Below are positions 28,799-42,000 of a stretch of DNA of 64,000 bases, in pieces; position 1 is the first letter of the stretch; each line of letters starts with the position of its first letter. The stretch comes from Dendrobates tinctorius (lineage: Eukaryota): positions 2,728,001 to 2,792,000 of the forward strand of contig NW_027361692.1 of the NCBI RefSeq assembly GCF_039654945.1, given 5' to 3'. A model generated the notes under the pieces. That model saw only the letters and a program-made list of their open reading frames with translations. It had not been told where the DNA came from and did no database searches. The position numbers and the translations under genes were made by a program.

Positions 28799-29414
28799 GG
28801 CCCAGTATGGATTACACGTGATTTCACAAAGGTGAGAAAGGGTACCGTATCCCCGGATAACATGTATGGATAGCATAGTGTACACATTCAAAATATATGT
28901 CTATAGATCAGGAGGCAGGCTCAAACGGTGTCAGGCCCAGTATGGATTACACGTGATTGCACAAAGGTGAGAAAGGGTACCGTATCCCCGGATAACATGT
29001 ATAAATAGCATAGTGTACACATTCAAAATATATGTCTATAGATCAGGAGGCAGGCTCAAACGGTGTCAGACCCAGTATGGATTACACGTGATTGCACAAA
29101 GGTGAGAAAGGCTACGGTATCACCGAATAACATGTATGGATAGCATAGTGTACACATTCAAAATATATGTCTATAGATCAGGAGGCAGGCTCAAACGGTG
29201 TCAGGCCCAGCATGGATTACACGTGATTGCACAAAGGTGAGAAAGGGTACCGTATCCCCGGATAACATGTATGGATAGCATAGTGTACACATTCAAAATA
29301 TATGTCTATAGATCAGGAGGCAGGCTCAGACGGTGTCAGACCCAGTATGGATTACACGTGATTGCACAAAGGTGAGAAAGGGTACCATATCCCCGGATAA
29401 CATGTATGGGTAGC
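28799..29414. repeat. 135-bp tandem array, segment 1 (~4.6 units)
   Basis: Unit GGCCCAGTATGGATTACACGTG...CAAACGGTGTCA; period 135 (28801 to 28936). Confidence 0.95.
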
Positions 29415-29933
29415 TGTCATGCGGGGCTTAGTTCAACTAAGGCTGAAATACCCGGGGCCCCTGTGATGTCCCTTTAACTAGGGGAAACCCTGTCTGACCC
29501 TCAACCCAGGGTTTTTGCTGATGATGACCCTCCACCCTCCACCCAGTGAGGAGACACACCACCAAAGCCCCCACACAAATAATGACAGACAGGGAGAACT
29601 TAAACTGCACTGCGCCGCACACACAGAGGAATATACAGTAATGTGAACAGGGCACAACTAAACACAAATATGGGAAGGAGAAAGGATAACAACGGCTCAT
29701 ACGCCACCAGATACGAATCTCTCTCTCTTCAACACCTCCACTCCAGACAGGAACCATAGGCCAGCATGACTATTTAAAGACCATGGGCGTGACTAACCAT
29801 CCAACCTGGTCTCCAGCAAGATTAACCCCCGAGAGCCTGAAGATCAAGCCGGCGCCACTGAGGCTATAGTGGATGGAGGTGGAACTACCTCTGCCTGCCG
29901 GACGCTGTGGTGTGAACAGCGTCCGACATGACA
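29415..29933 (-). repeat. 3' LTR (519 bp; two internal deletions of ~50 and ~37 bp relative to the 5' LTR)
   Basis: Direct repeat of 34130-34735 with about 7 substitutions by eye. Confidence 0.92.
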
Positions 29934-32900
29934 TTACCCCGTCTTCTACGAGGGACCCCCGGACCCTCAAGACTCATAGGACCCGGCTTGTCCGGATGAC
30001 GATGGTGAAAGGAACTGACCAGCCGATTCGCATGTATGTCTGAGGCTGGAACCCAAGACCTCTCCTCCGGACCATACCCCCGCCAGTGCACCAAATACTG
30101 AAGAGTATGGCGTACTACTTGAGAGTCCACTACCTTGGCAACCTCAAACTCTAAATCGCCCTCCACCATGACTGGAGGTGGCATCGGCGTCGTGTCCACC
30201 AAGCCTACCACCTTTTTCATTAAAGCCCTGTGAAACACCTTGTGTATCTTGTACACCGCAGGAAGTTCCAACCGATAAGCCACTGGGTTAATGATGGCAG
30301 AAATCCTAAAAGGCCCAATAAACCTTGGACCCAGTTTTAAAGATGGAATTTTGAGTTTTATGTTCTTCGTAGCTAACCACACCCATTCACCCACACACAG
30401 GTCCGGACCTGGCACGCGTCTACTGTCAGCCACCCGTTTGTACCTAGCACTCATGCTCAACAAGCGCTGTTTCACCCTCCTCCAGACCGATGACAATTGG
30501 GCTCCTAGCTGATCCTCCTCCGGGACACCCCCCGAGTCAACCTGACGTAAGGTACAAAACTGAGGATGTTGACCGTACACACAAAAGAATGGAGACTCTC
30601 CCGATGACTCTTGGCGGTGATTATTTAATGCGAATTCGGCCAGAGGAAGGAAAGTAGACCACTCCTCCTGGTTGTCGGACACAAAGCATCGTAAATACTG
30701 TTCTAGATTTTGGTTCATGCGCTCAGTTTGTCCATTAGACTGTGGATGAAACGCCGATGAATGTGACAACTTGATCTCCAAACGTGAGCAAAACGCTTTC
30801 CAAAACCTCGCCACAAATTGTGTACCCCTATCAGATACTATGTCCGACGGAACTCCGTGGAGTCTGACCACCTCCTTCACAAATACCTGGACCAACGTCT
30901 TTGCATTGAGCAATGAAGACAATGCCACAAAATGCGCCATCTTTGAAAAACGGTCAACCACCACCAGGATGACCGTGTTCCCCGCCGAGGCTGGCAAGTC
31001 AGTGATGAAATCCACGGAGATTTCTGTCCATGGCCTATTGGGTACCCCCAGAGGCTGTAGCGTGCCAGCAGGACAGGTTCGGGGTGACTTAGCCCTAGCG
31101 CACGTGATGCAAGCTGCCACGTATGAGACCACGTCCTGCCGAATTTTGGGCCACCAGAAACGACGCGATACCAGCTCTAAGGTGCCCTTCACCCCTGGAT
31201 GACCAGCCAGTACCGAGTCGTGGTGTTGCTTCAACACCTTAAGCCGAAGATGCAGGGGTACAAATGATTTGTTGGCGGGAAGTCCTGGCAGTACCTCCTC
31301 TTGGGCCTCAGCAATCTCCGCCTCTACCTCCGTCGTGAGAGCCGAGACCACTACCCCTTCCTGGAGGATGGGTACAGGCTCTTCCGAGGTTCTCCCCCCG
31401 GAAAACACCTAGACAAAGCATCCGCCTTGGTGTTTTTAGCCCCGGGACGGTAAGTCACAAGAAAATTGAAACGAGTAAAAAACAATGCCCAGCGGGCCTG
31501 CCTAGGAGACAGACGCTTGGCCGACTCCAGACATAGCAGATTCTTATGGTCGGTGATGACTGTGACCTGGTGAGCCGCCCCCTCCAAGAAGTGTCGCAAT
31601 TCCTCAAAAGCCAATTTGATGGCCAACAACTCCCTGTTGCCGATATCATAATTCCGTTCGGCCGGCGACAGCTTCTTGGAGAAGTAGGCGCATGGATGCA
31701 TCTCGCTCAAGGACGAGCCTTGAGACAGTACTGCCCCCACTCCCACCTCCGACGCATCAACCTCCACCACAAAAGGTTTAGACACGTCTGGTTGCACCAG
31801 AATGGGGGCTGAAGCAAAACTATTCTTCAGATGCTCAAATGGACGTATAGCCACTTCAGGCCAGCTCGCCAGATCGGCACCTTTTTTGTCATGTCCGTGA
31901 GCGGTTTGGCGATAGTCGAAAAGTGTTTTATAAATTTCCTATAATAATTTGCAAACCCAAGGAACCGCTGGAGTGCTTTCAGACTCTCCGGCCTCTCCCA
32001 TTGCAGCACCGCTTGCACCTTAGTGGTGTCCATTTTAAACCCGGCTGCGGACACAATATATCCCAAAAAGGGCAACTCCTGGACAAAAAATAAACATTTT
32101 TCCAGCTTAGTATAGAGCTGGTTCTCCCGGAGCAACTGTAATACCTGCCTGACATGCTCCAAATGAGTGTCCCGATCGCTAGAATAAATGAGGATATCAT
32201 CCAGGTATACAATCACAAATCTCCCCAGGACATGAGCAAATACATCATTAATAAAATGTTGGAAAACGGCAGGCGCGGTGGTCAACCCAAACGGCATAAC
32301 CAGATTCTCAAAATGACCCTCAGGAGTGTTAAACGCCGTCTTCCACTCATCCCCCTGAAGGACCCTTATGAGGTTATACGCCCCCCCTGAGGTCCAGCTT
32401 GGAAAACCATTTCGCCCCCGCTACCTGGTTGAACAAATCCGGGATCAACGGCATTGGGTAGGGATCACGGATAGTAATCTGGTTTAACTCTCGGAAATCC
32501 AGACACGGGCGTAACCCCCCATCTTTCTTCTTAATGAAGAAAAACCCCGCGGCTACAGGCGAGGACGAAGGCCGGATGTGTCCTTTGCTCAGACTCTCCA
32601 TGATGTAGTCTTTCAGAGCTTGTCTCTCAGGACCAGAAATATTAAACATCCTGGCCTTAGGTAATTTGGCCCCGTGTTTAACCTAATCGCACAGTCATAG
32701 GCTCTATGTGGAGGCAGTTCTGAGCAACCCTTCTCAGAGAAAACATCCGCGAAATCCTGCAAAGCCTCCGGCAGGCTGGGCGTCATGGTGGACACACATG
32801 TGGCCAAGGAATTGTCTTGGCAGAAACCACTCCATTGTACTATGTCCTGAGTTTTCCAATCAATTACCGGGTTGTGCCTGGGCAACCATGGAAAACCCAG

Positions 32901-33236
32901 GACCATTTGTGCTGGGAGATTACGGAGGACCCTACATGTAACCGACTCAGAATGTAGGACCCCAATGTAGAGTTTCACCTCTGCCACAAACTCCATAATC
33001 TCCCCTTGAGGGAGGGGAACAGCATTAATGGTAACCACCTGTATGGAGTGAGGAAGTCTTTCGATCTTAAACCCGGCGGTGTGTGCAAACTCCTCATCTA
33101 TGAGATTGGTGGCGGAACCGCTATCCACAAACACTGATATTGGTAGCTCTCTGCCCGCGATAATAACCTTGGCAGGGAGCATACATTGAGATACCATCAT
33201 GGAGGATATGCATACGCTCAGTTGGGTCTCCTCCAT
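29885..33236 (-). pseudogene. pol: Gypsy pol (PR-RT-RH-IN-chromodomain), several frameshifts
   Basis: FVDSGS protease; YLDD RT; VEVDAS RNase H; HHCC plus VDFIT/SDRG/E integrase; C-terminal chromodomain FEVAKVVD..YLVHWRGYGPEERSW. Confidence 0.92.
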
Positions 33237-33247
33237 ACCCTCTGAGC

Positions 33248-34099
33248 TTAACAGTTTTCCGCCGGTGTGACCCTCTTAGGTAGTACTGGGCAAACGTTAA
33301 CATAATGACCTCTTTTACCACAGTAGAAACATGCTCCGGGCTTCCGGAATCCCGTAGCGCGACGCTTAACCTGTGCCACGCCAGCAATCTGCATAGGTTC
33401 TGGGGACTCATCTACTTCAACCACACTTGAACCTCTGCTTTCCCCCAGAGGTAGCGTCTCCTGTGCCCCCTGATGAAAACGGCGATCAATACGTATCACC
33501 AAACTCATGGCAGACTCCAACGATGCCGGAGTCTCATACATCAGGAGGGCTTGTTTAACCTTCCCTGATACCCCATGAATAAACTGGCTCCGCAGTGCTG
33601 GGTCATTCCACTGTGTGTCTATGGCCCAACGGCGAAATTCCGAACAATAGTCCTCTGCCAAGCGCTCCCCCTGGCGGAGGGTGCGGATTTTAGATTCCGC
33701 TAGAGCCAGTCGGTCAGGATCATCGAAAATGAGCCCGAGGGCAGAAAAAACATTATCGACAGAATGAAATGTAGCAGAGTCAGCTGGTAAGGAAAATGCC
33801 CATGCTTGGGGGTCACCACTCAGTAATGACAACACCAGCCCTACCCGCTGGGCCTCATTACCTGAGGAGATAGGGCGCATGCGGAAGTATAACTTGCAGG
33901 CCTCCTGAAATACGACAAATTTGCTGCGATCCCCTGAAAATCGTTCTGGCAGCGGAAACTTCGGCTCTGCACCGATACCTGCAGATGCCGTTTGCACCTT
34001 CGCTACTACCAGGCCCTGCTGCTGAACTGCCCCTTTCAACTCGGAGACTTGTAAGGACAGCGCCGCCAACTGGCGGGTTATGGAATCTAATGGATCCAT
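33248..34099 (-). CDS. gag: Gypsy Gag (283 aa) with CCHC zinc knuckle
   Basis: LPERFSGDR, LRQG, CFYCGKRGHYVNVC; ends at GGAAAAC, a possible -1 slippery site, just before the stop. Confidence 0.88.
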   Translation of the reverse strand: MDPLDSITRQLAALSLQVSELKGAVQQQGLVVAKVQTASAGIGAEPKFPLPERFSGDRSKFVVFQEACKLYFRMRPISSGNEAQRVGLVLSLLSGDPQAWAFSLPADSATFHSVDNVFSALGLIFDDPDRLALAESKIRTLRQGERLAEDYCSEFRRWAIDTQWNDPALRSQFIHGVSGKVKQALLMYETPASLESAMSLVIRIDRRFHQGAQETLPLGESRGSSVVEVDESPEPMQIAGVAQVKRRATGFRKPGACFYCGKRGHYVNVCPVLPKRVTPAENC

Positions 34100-34129
34100 G
34101 GACTCCTGAAAAATGTGGGCCGATTATAA

Positions 34130-34735
34130 TGTCATACGGGGCTTAGTTCAACTAAGGCTGAAATACCCGGGGCCCTGGTGATGTCCCTTTAACTAGGGGA
34201 AACCCTGTCTGACCCTCAACCCAGGGTTTTTGCTGATGGTGCAAATGCCTGAGCCTCCAACCTTTCCTTATCTCCTGCTCAGCCCTGCACATAACCCTCC
34301 ACCCTCCACCCAGTGAGGAGACACACCACGAAAGCCCCCACACAAATAATGACAGACAGGGAGAACTTAAACTGCACTGCGCCACACACACAGGAATATA
34401 CAGTAATGTGAACAGGGCACAACTAAACACAAATATGGGAAGGAGAAAGGATAACAACGGCTCATACGCCACCAGATACGAATCTCTCTCTCTTCAACAC
34501 CTCCACTCCAGACAGGAACCACTTGGTATGAAACACAAGCTATAATCGGCGACGCCCATAGGCCAGCATGACTATTTAAAGACCGTGGGCGTGACTAACC
34601 ATCCAACCTGGTCTCCAGCAAGATTAACTCCCGAGAGCCTGAAGATCAAGCCGGCGCCACTGAGGCTATAGTGGATGGAGGTGGAACTACCTCTGCCTGC
34701 CGGACGCTGTGGTGTGAACAGCGTCCGACATAACA
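34130..34735 (-). repeat. 5' LTR (606 bp)
   Basis: TG...CA; TATA-like TTTAAATA at 34580-34573 on the minus strand. Confidence 0.92.
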
Positions 34736-35548
34736 ATAGCATAGTGTACGCATTCAAAATATATGTCTATAGATCAGGAGGCAGGCTCAAACGGTGTCAG
34801 GCCCAGTATGGATTACACGTGATTGCACAAAGGTGAGAAAGGGTACCGTATCCCCGGATAACATATATGGATAGCATAGTGTACACATTCAAAATATATG
34901 TCTATAGATCAGGAGGCAGGCTCAGATGGTGTCAGGCCCAGTATGGATTACACGTGATTGCACAAAGGTGAGAAAGGGTACAGTATCACCGAATAACATG
35001 TATGGATAGCACAGTGTACACATTCAAAATATATGTCTATAGATCAGGAGGCAGGCTCAAACCGTGTCAGGCCCAGTATGGATTACACGTGATTGCAAAA
35101 GGTGAGAAAGGGTACCGTATCCCCGGATAACATGTATGGATAGCATAGTGTACACATTCAAAACATATGTCTATAGATCAGGAGGCAGGCTCAAACGGTG
35201 TCAGGCCCAGTATGGATTACACGTGATTGCACAAAGGTGAGAAAGGGTACCGTATTCCTGGATAACATGTATGGACAGCATAGTGTACACATTCAAAATA
35301 TATGTCTATAGATCAGGAGGCAGGCTCAGACGGTGTCAGGCCCAGTATGGATTACACGTGATTGCACAAAGGTGAGAAAGGGTACCGTATCACCGGATAA
35401 CATGTATGGATAGCATAGTGTACACATTCAAAATATATGTCTATAGATCAGGAGGCAGGCTCAGACGGTGTCAGGCCCAGTATGGTTTACACGTGATTGC
35501 ACAAAGGTGAGAAAGGGTACCGTATCCCCGGATAACATGTATGGATAG
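34736..35548. repeat. 135-bp tandem array, segment 2 (~6 units)
   Basis: Same unit; resumes in register after the Gypsy TSD. Confidence 0.95.
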
Positions 35549-35621
35549 AATCATAGAATCGTAGAGTTGGAAGGGACCTCCTGGGCCATCTGGTCCAACC
35601 CCCTGCTCAAAGCAGGATTCG

Positions 35622-37830
35622 CTAAATCATCCCAGTCAGATGTCTGTCCAGCCTCTGTTTGAAGACTTCCATTGAAGGAGAACTCACCACTTCTCGTGGC
35701 AGCCTGTTCCACTCATTGATCACTCTAACTGTCAAAAAGTTTTTTCTAATATCTAATCTGTGTCTCCTCCCATTCAGTTTCATCCCATTGCTTCTAGTCT
35801 TTCCTTGTGCAAATGAGAATAAAGTTGATCCTTCTACAATGTGACAGCCCTTTAGATATTTGTAGACAGCTATTAAGTCTCCTCTCAGTCTTCTCTTTTG
35901 CAAACTAAACATTCCCAAATCCTGCAACCTTTCCTCATAAGACAGGGTATCCAGACCGGTCACCATTCTGGTCGCTCTTTTCTGAACTTGCTCCAGTTTG
36001 TTGATGTCTTTTTTAAAATGTGGTGCCCAAAACTGGACACAATATTCCAGATGAGGTCTGACCAAAGAGGAGTAGAGGGAAATAATGACTTCACGTGATC
36101 TAGACTGTATGCTTCTGTTAATACATCCTAGAATTGCATTTGCCTTTTTTGCTGCTGCATCACACTGTTGACTCATATTCAGTCTGTGATCTATTAGTAT
36201 ACCCAAGTCTTTTTCACATGTGCTGTCACTTAGCCCTATTCCTCCCATTCTATATTTGCTTTTTTCATTTTTATTGCCCAGATGTAGTACTTTGCATTTC
36301 TCCCTGTTAAAAACCATTCTGTTAGTTGCTGCCCACTTCTCCAGTTTATTTAAATCTTTTTGAATCCTCTCTCTCTCTTCTCTAGTATTAGCTATCCCTC
36401 CTAGCTTTGTGTCATCAGCAAATTTAATCAGTTTACCCTCAATTCCTTCATCTAAATCGTTGATAAAGATGTTGAACAATACAGGGCCCAGGACAGAGCC
36501 TGGACCCTGGAGACTTGAATTCATTTAGGTTAGCTAAGTGTTTCCTCACTATCTTTCTGTTTATAGATATCCTGGATTCTTCTATTCCCTTAATAGGACA
36601 GTGAATAACAGTTGATGTTACATTTCCTTTCTGAGAGAAAACAGATGCAAAATAGGAATTTAAAAGTTCAGTCTTCTCAACATCCTGTCTTACCATTTCA
36701 TTATTTTCATCCTGTAAAAATCCTATAGCATCTTTGACTTTTCTTTTACTTTTGACATATCCCCAAAATCCTTTATTATTTCTTTTGACATCTCTTGCAA
36801 GCCTCAATTCATTTTCAACTTTAGCTAATCTGATTTGTGCCCTGCAGGTTCTGCAGACAGCATTATATTCTTCTTTAGATATGCCTCCCTCTTTCCATTT
36901 TATAAACATTTTTTTCTTCCTTTTTAGCATGTGCTTAAGTTCTGTGTTCATCCATCCTGGTTTCCTTAAATGCTTCCTATTCTTCCCTCTTTTCGGAATT
37001 GTTAACAACTGTGCTTTGAGAATTTCATTTTTCAAGATTTCCCATCCTTCCTGGACATTTTTGTCTTTAAGGATATCCAGCCATTGGATCCCTCCAATTC
37101 TCTTTCTGAATCCCTTAATATCTGCATTTCTGAAATCTAACCTTGACGTCTGAGTCTTCACAGGTCTTCCGCCTCTAGTTATCCAAAATTCTAAAATAGC
37201 ATGGTCGCTACATCCTAGGGTCCCAGCCACTTTTACCTCCTCAACCATTTCCTCCCTGTTTATAAGGATTAGATCCAAGGTAGCAGTTCCCCTTGTTTTC
37301 TCCCTTACCTTTTGGAAGATAAAGTTGTCAGCAAGAGAGGATAAGAATTTCCTTAACCTGTTAGTTTTGCCTGAGAGAGATTCCCAGCAAATGTCTGAAT
37401 AGTTGAAATCTCCCATGACAACTATGTCATATTTTTTGGAGAACTTGGCCATTTAATGCATAAAGAGTTCATCCATATCCTCAGCTTGCACAGGCGGCCT
37501 GTAGTAAATGCCTACAATGGTGTCCTTTCCATTGTTCTGTCCTTGTATTCTTACCCAAACAGTTTCCACAGAACTCCCAGTCTCTGAAGCTTCAATCTCT
37601 GTGCAGATATACACGTTTCTAACATACAATGCGACACCCCCTCCTCGTTTATCAAGTCTGTTTCTTGCAAATAAGTTGTATCCTTCTAGTCTTGTATTCC
37701 AATCATGTGTGTTGTCCCACCAAGTTTCAGTGATTCCAATGACATCATATTTCTTTTCCTGTGTTAGTAGTTCCAATTCTCCTTGTTTGTTGCCCATGCT
37801 TTGTGCATTAGTATAGAAACAATTTAGTTT
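35622..37830 (-). pseudogene. CR1 ORF2 (APE endonuclease + partial RT)
   Basis: IGITETW, RGGGVALY, GIYYRPP, MGDFN, SDH; RT KFADD. In-frame stop at 37453. A junction near 36505 joins KSPG to GSVLGP, removing the N-terminal RT motifs. Confidence 0.88.
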
Positions 37831-37976
37831 GTGATTGGTTTCTCTTTCTCCAATATTTTTATTAATTAGATTCTTTCGTCTTTTTTCTTCCTTTCCAATT
37901 CTAATAGCAGAGTTCTCAATAGCATTTGTCAGGTGTATGGCTTTTTCTGGTCTTTTGCTTCCCTTCCCATGTTGCT

Positions 37977-38934
37977 CTAGTTTAAAGCTCTTCTTACAAG
38001 TGTAGCAAGGCGACTTCCAAATACATGCTTTCCAGTCTTCGTAAGGTGCACCCCATCTCTAGCAAGTAGTCCATCGTATAAGTAGTTCACTCCGTGATCC
38101 AGAAATCCAAATCGTTGCTGACGGCACCATCGACGTAGCCAGTTGTTCACTTGCAGAATCTTATTCCACCTCCTTGTTCCATGGCCATCCACTGGGAGGA
38201 TGGAAGAGAAGACCACCTGCGCTCCCAGTTCTTTCACTTTCTTGCCTAAGTCTTCAAAGTCTCTGCAGATTGTTTCCAGGTCGTTTCTTGCGGTGTCATT
38301 TGTCCCCACATGTAGTAGCAGGAATGGGTAGTCATCTGTAGGTCTGAAGAGTCCTGATATCCTGTCAGACACATCTTTAATTTTTGCACCTGGAAGACAG
38401 CACATTTCTCTTGAAGTTATATCTGGTCTGCAGATAGCGGCCTCTGTTCCTCTCAACAGGGAATCCCCCATGACCACCACTGTCCGTTTCTTCTTCACAA
38501 CATTTTTCTTTCTCCATCCAGGAGGACTCTGAGGGCGTACAAGGTTGCTGTTTGTGGGCAAAGTCTTATCCTGATGTATTTCTTCATCGTTGCGTGAGAG
38601 CCTGGTACTGGTTCCTGAGAAGTATGGGTGCTGACTGCCTCCTGATCCTCCTGCTTCTCTGGGTCACATGTCTCCATTCCTCTGTTTCTTCAGGTGCACT
38701 TCGAATTTCTTCTCTTTCTGTAACATGAAGAGATAATTCTGCTCTGTCCAAGAACTCTTCACCTTCCTTAATGATCTTCAATGTAGCTAACCTCTCTTCG
38801 AGATTTTGCAACTTTTCCTCCAACAGGGACACAAGCTTGCATTTGTGGCATGTGAAGTTTGGCTTTTCCACTGGTAAATCTGTAAACATGTAGCAAGAAA
38901 TGCAGCTCACCAAATGGCTCCTGGCCTCTTCCAT
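37977..38934 (-). pseudogene. CR1 ORF1 (zinc finger/coiled coil + SGNH esterase), frameshifted
   Basis: CISC...CHKC followed by a leucine-rich helix; VVMGDS, HVGTND, DGVHL (GDSL/SGNH blocks). Confidence 0.85.
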
Positions 38935-39010
38935 CTTGAGTTTCTTAAAAACGATGAAAGATGAGCCAAAATTTGCGCGTGCGGCTTTTCCGATTTCCTC
39001 TTTTCATCTG

Positions 39011-42000
39011 ATAGCATAGTGTACACATTCAAAATATATGTCTATAGATCAGGAGGCAGGCTCAAACGGTGTAAGGCCCAGTATGGATTACACGTGATTG
39101 CACAAAGGTGAGAAAGGGTACCGTATCCCCGGATAACATGTATGGACAGCATAGTGTACACATTCAAAATATATGTCTATAGATCAGGAGGCAGGCTCAA
39201 ACGGTGTCAGACCCAGTATGGATTACACGTGATTGCACAAAGGTGAGAAAGGGTACCGTATCACCGGATAACATGTATGGATAGCATAGTGTACACATTC
39301 AAAATATATGTCTATAGATCAGGAGGCAGGCTCAGACGGTGTCAGGCCCAGTATGGATTACACGTGATTGCACAAAGGTGAGAAAGGGTACCGTATCACC
39401 GGATGACATGTATGGATAGCATAGTGTACACATTCAAAATATATGTCTATAGATCAGGAGGCAGGCTCAAACGGTGTAAGGCCCAGTATGGATTACACGT
39501 GATTGCACAAAGGTGAGAAAGGGTACCGTATCACCGGATAACATGTATGGATAGCATAGTGTACACATTCAAAATATATGTCTATAGATCAGGAGGCAGG
39601 CTCAGACGGTGTCAGGCCCAGTATGGATTACACGTGATTGCACAAAGGTGAGAAAGGGTACCGTATCACCGGATGACATGTATGGATAGCATAGTGTACA
39701 CATTCAAAATATATGTCTATAGATCAGGAGGCAGGCTCAAACGGTGTAAGGCCCAGTATGGATTACACGTGATTGCACAAAGGTGACAAAGGGTACCGTA
39801 TCACCGGATAACATGTATGGATAGCAAAGTGTACACATTCAAAATATATGTCTATAGATCAGGAGGCAGGCTCAAACGGTGTCAGGCCCAGTATGGATTA
39901 CACGTGATTGCACAAAGGTGAGAAAGGGTACCGTATCACCGGATAACATGTATGGATAGCATAGTGTACACATTCAAAATATATGTCTATAGATCAGGAG
40001 GCAGGTTCAAACGGTGTAAGGCCCAGTATGGATTACACGTGATTGCACAAAGGTGACAAAGGGTACCGTATCACCGGATAACATGTATGGATAGCAAAGT
40101 GTACACATTCAAAATATATGTCTATACATCAGGAGGCAGGCTCAAACGGTGTCAGGCCCAGTATGGATTACACGTGATTGCACAAAGGTGAGAAAGGGTA
40201 CCGTATCCCCGGATAACATGTATGAATAGCGTAGTGTACAGATTCAAAATACATGTCTATAGATCAGGAGGCAGGCTCAAACGGTGTCAGGCCTAGTATG
40301 GATTACACGTGATTGCACAAAGGTGAGAAAGGGTACCGTATCCCCGGATAACATGTATGGATAGCATAGTGTACACATTCAAAATATATGTCTATGGATC
40401 AGGAGGCAGGCTTAGACGGTGTCAGGCCCAGTATGGATTACACGTGATTGCACAAAGGTGAGAAAGGGTACCGTATCACCGGATAACATGTATGGATAGC
40501 ATAGTGTACACATTCAAAATATATGTCTATAGATCAGGAGGCAGGCTCAAACGGTGTAAGGCCCAGTATGGATTACACGTGATTGCACAAAGGTGAGAAA
40601 GGGTACCGTATCACCGGATAACATGTATGGATAGCATAGTGTACACATTCAAAATATATGTCTATAGATCAGGAGGCAGGCTCAAACGGTGTCAGGCCCA
40701 GTATGGATTACACGTGATTGCACAAAGGTGAGAAATGGTACCGTATCACCGGAAAACATGTATGGATAGCATAGTGTACACATTCAAAATATATGTCTAT
40801 AGATTAGGAGGCAGGCTCAAATGGTGTCAGGCCCAGTATGGAATACACGTGATTGCACAAAGGTGAGAAAGGGTACCGTATCCCCGGATAACATGTATGG
40901 ATAGCATAGTGTACACATTCAAAATATATGTCTATAGATCAGGAGGCAGGCTCAAACGGTGTCAGGCCCAGTATGGATTACACATGATTGCACAAAGGTG
41001 AGAAAGGGTACCGTATCACCGGATAACATGTATGGATAGCATAGTGTACACATTCAAAATATATGTCTATAGATCAGGAGGCAGGCTCAAACGGTGTAAG
41101 GCCCAGTATGGATTACACGTGATTGCACAAAGGTGACAAAGGGTACCGTATCACCGGATAACATGTATGGATAGCAAAGTGTACACATTCTAAATATATG
41201 TCTATGGATCAGGAGGCAGGCTCAAACGGTGTCAGGCCCAGTATGGATTACACGTGATTGCACAAAGGTGAGAAAGGGTACCGTATCACCGGATAACATG
41301 TATGGATAGCATAGTGTACACATTCAAAATATATGTCTATAGATCAGGAGGCAGGCTCAAACGGTGTAAGGCCCAGTATGGATTACACGTGATTGCACAA
41401 AGGTGACAAAGGGTACCGTATCACCGGATAACATGTATGGATAGCAAAGTGTACACATTCAAAATATATGTCTATGGATCAGGAGGCAGGCTCAAACGGT
41501 GTCAGGCCCAGTATGGATTACACGTGATTGCACAAAGGTGAGAAAGGGTAACGTATCCCCGGATAACATGTATGGATAGCATAGTGTACAGATTCAAAAT
41601 ATATGTCTATAGATCAGGAGGCAGGCTCAAACGGTGTCAGGCCTAGTATGGATTACACGTGATTGCACAAAGGTGAGAAAGGGTACCGTATCCCCGGATA
41701 ACATGTATGGATAGCATAGTGTACACATTCAAAATATATGTCTATAGATCAGGAGGCAGGCTCAAACGGTGTAAGGCCCAGTATGGATTACACGTGATTG
41801 CACAAAGGTGAGAAAGGGTACCGTATCACCGGATAACATGTATGGATAACATAGTGTACACATTCAAAAATATATGTCTATAGATCAGGAGGCAGGTTCA
41901 AACGGTGTAAGGCCCAGTATGGATTACACGTGATTGCACAAAGGTGACAAAGGGTACCGTATCACCGGATAACATGTATGGATAGCATAGTGTACACATT

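Larger units (their letters stand above)
29415..34735 (-). mobile_element. Chromoviral Ty3/Gypsy (Tf1/sushi-like) LTR retrotransposon, complete structure, pol frameshifted
   Basis: LTRs 34130-34735 and 29415-29933 (TG...CA); TSD GTAGC/ATAGC; PPT (rc of TTACCCCGTCTTCT) next to the 3' LTR; gag and pol present. Confidence 0.95.
35549..39010 (-). mobile_element. Near-full-length CR1 LINE with an internal RT deletion
   Basis: ORF1, ORF2 and an (ATTCTATG)n tail at 35545-35566; inserted in the 135-bp array at GATAG. Confidence 0.92.
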
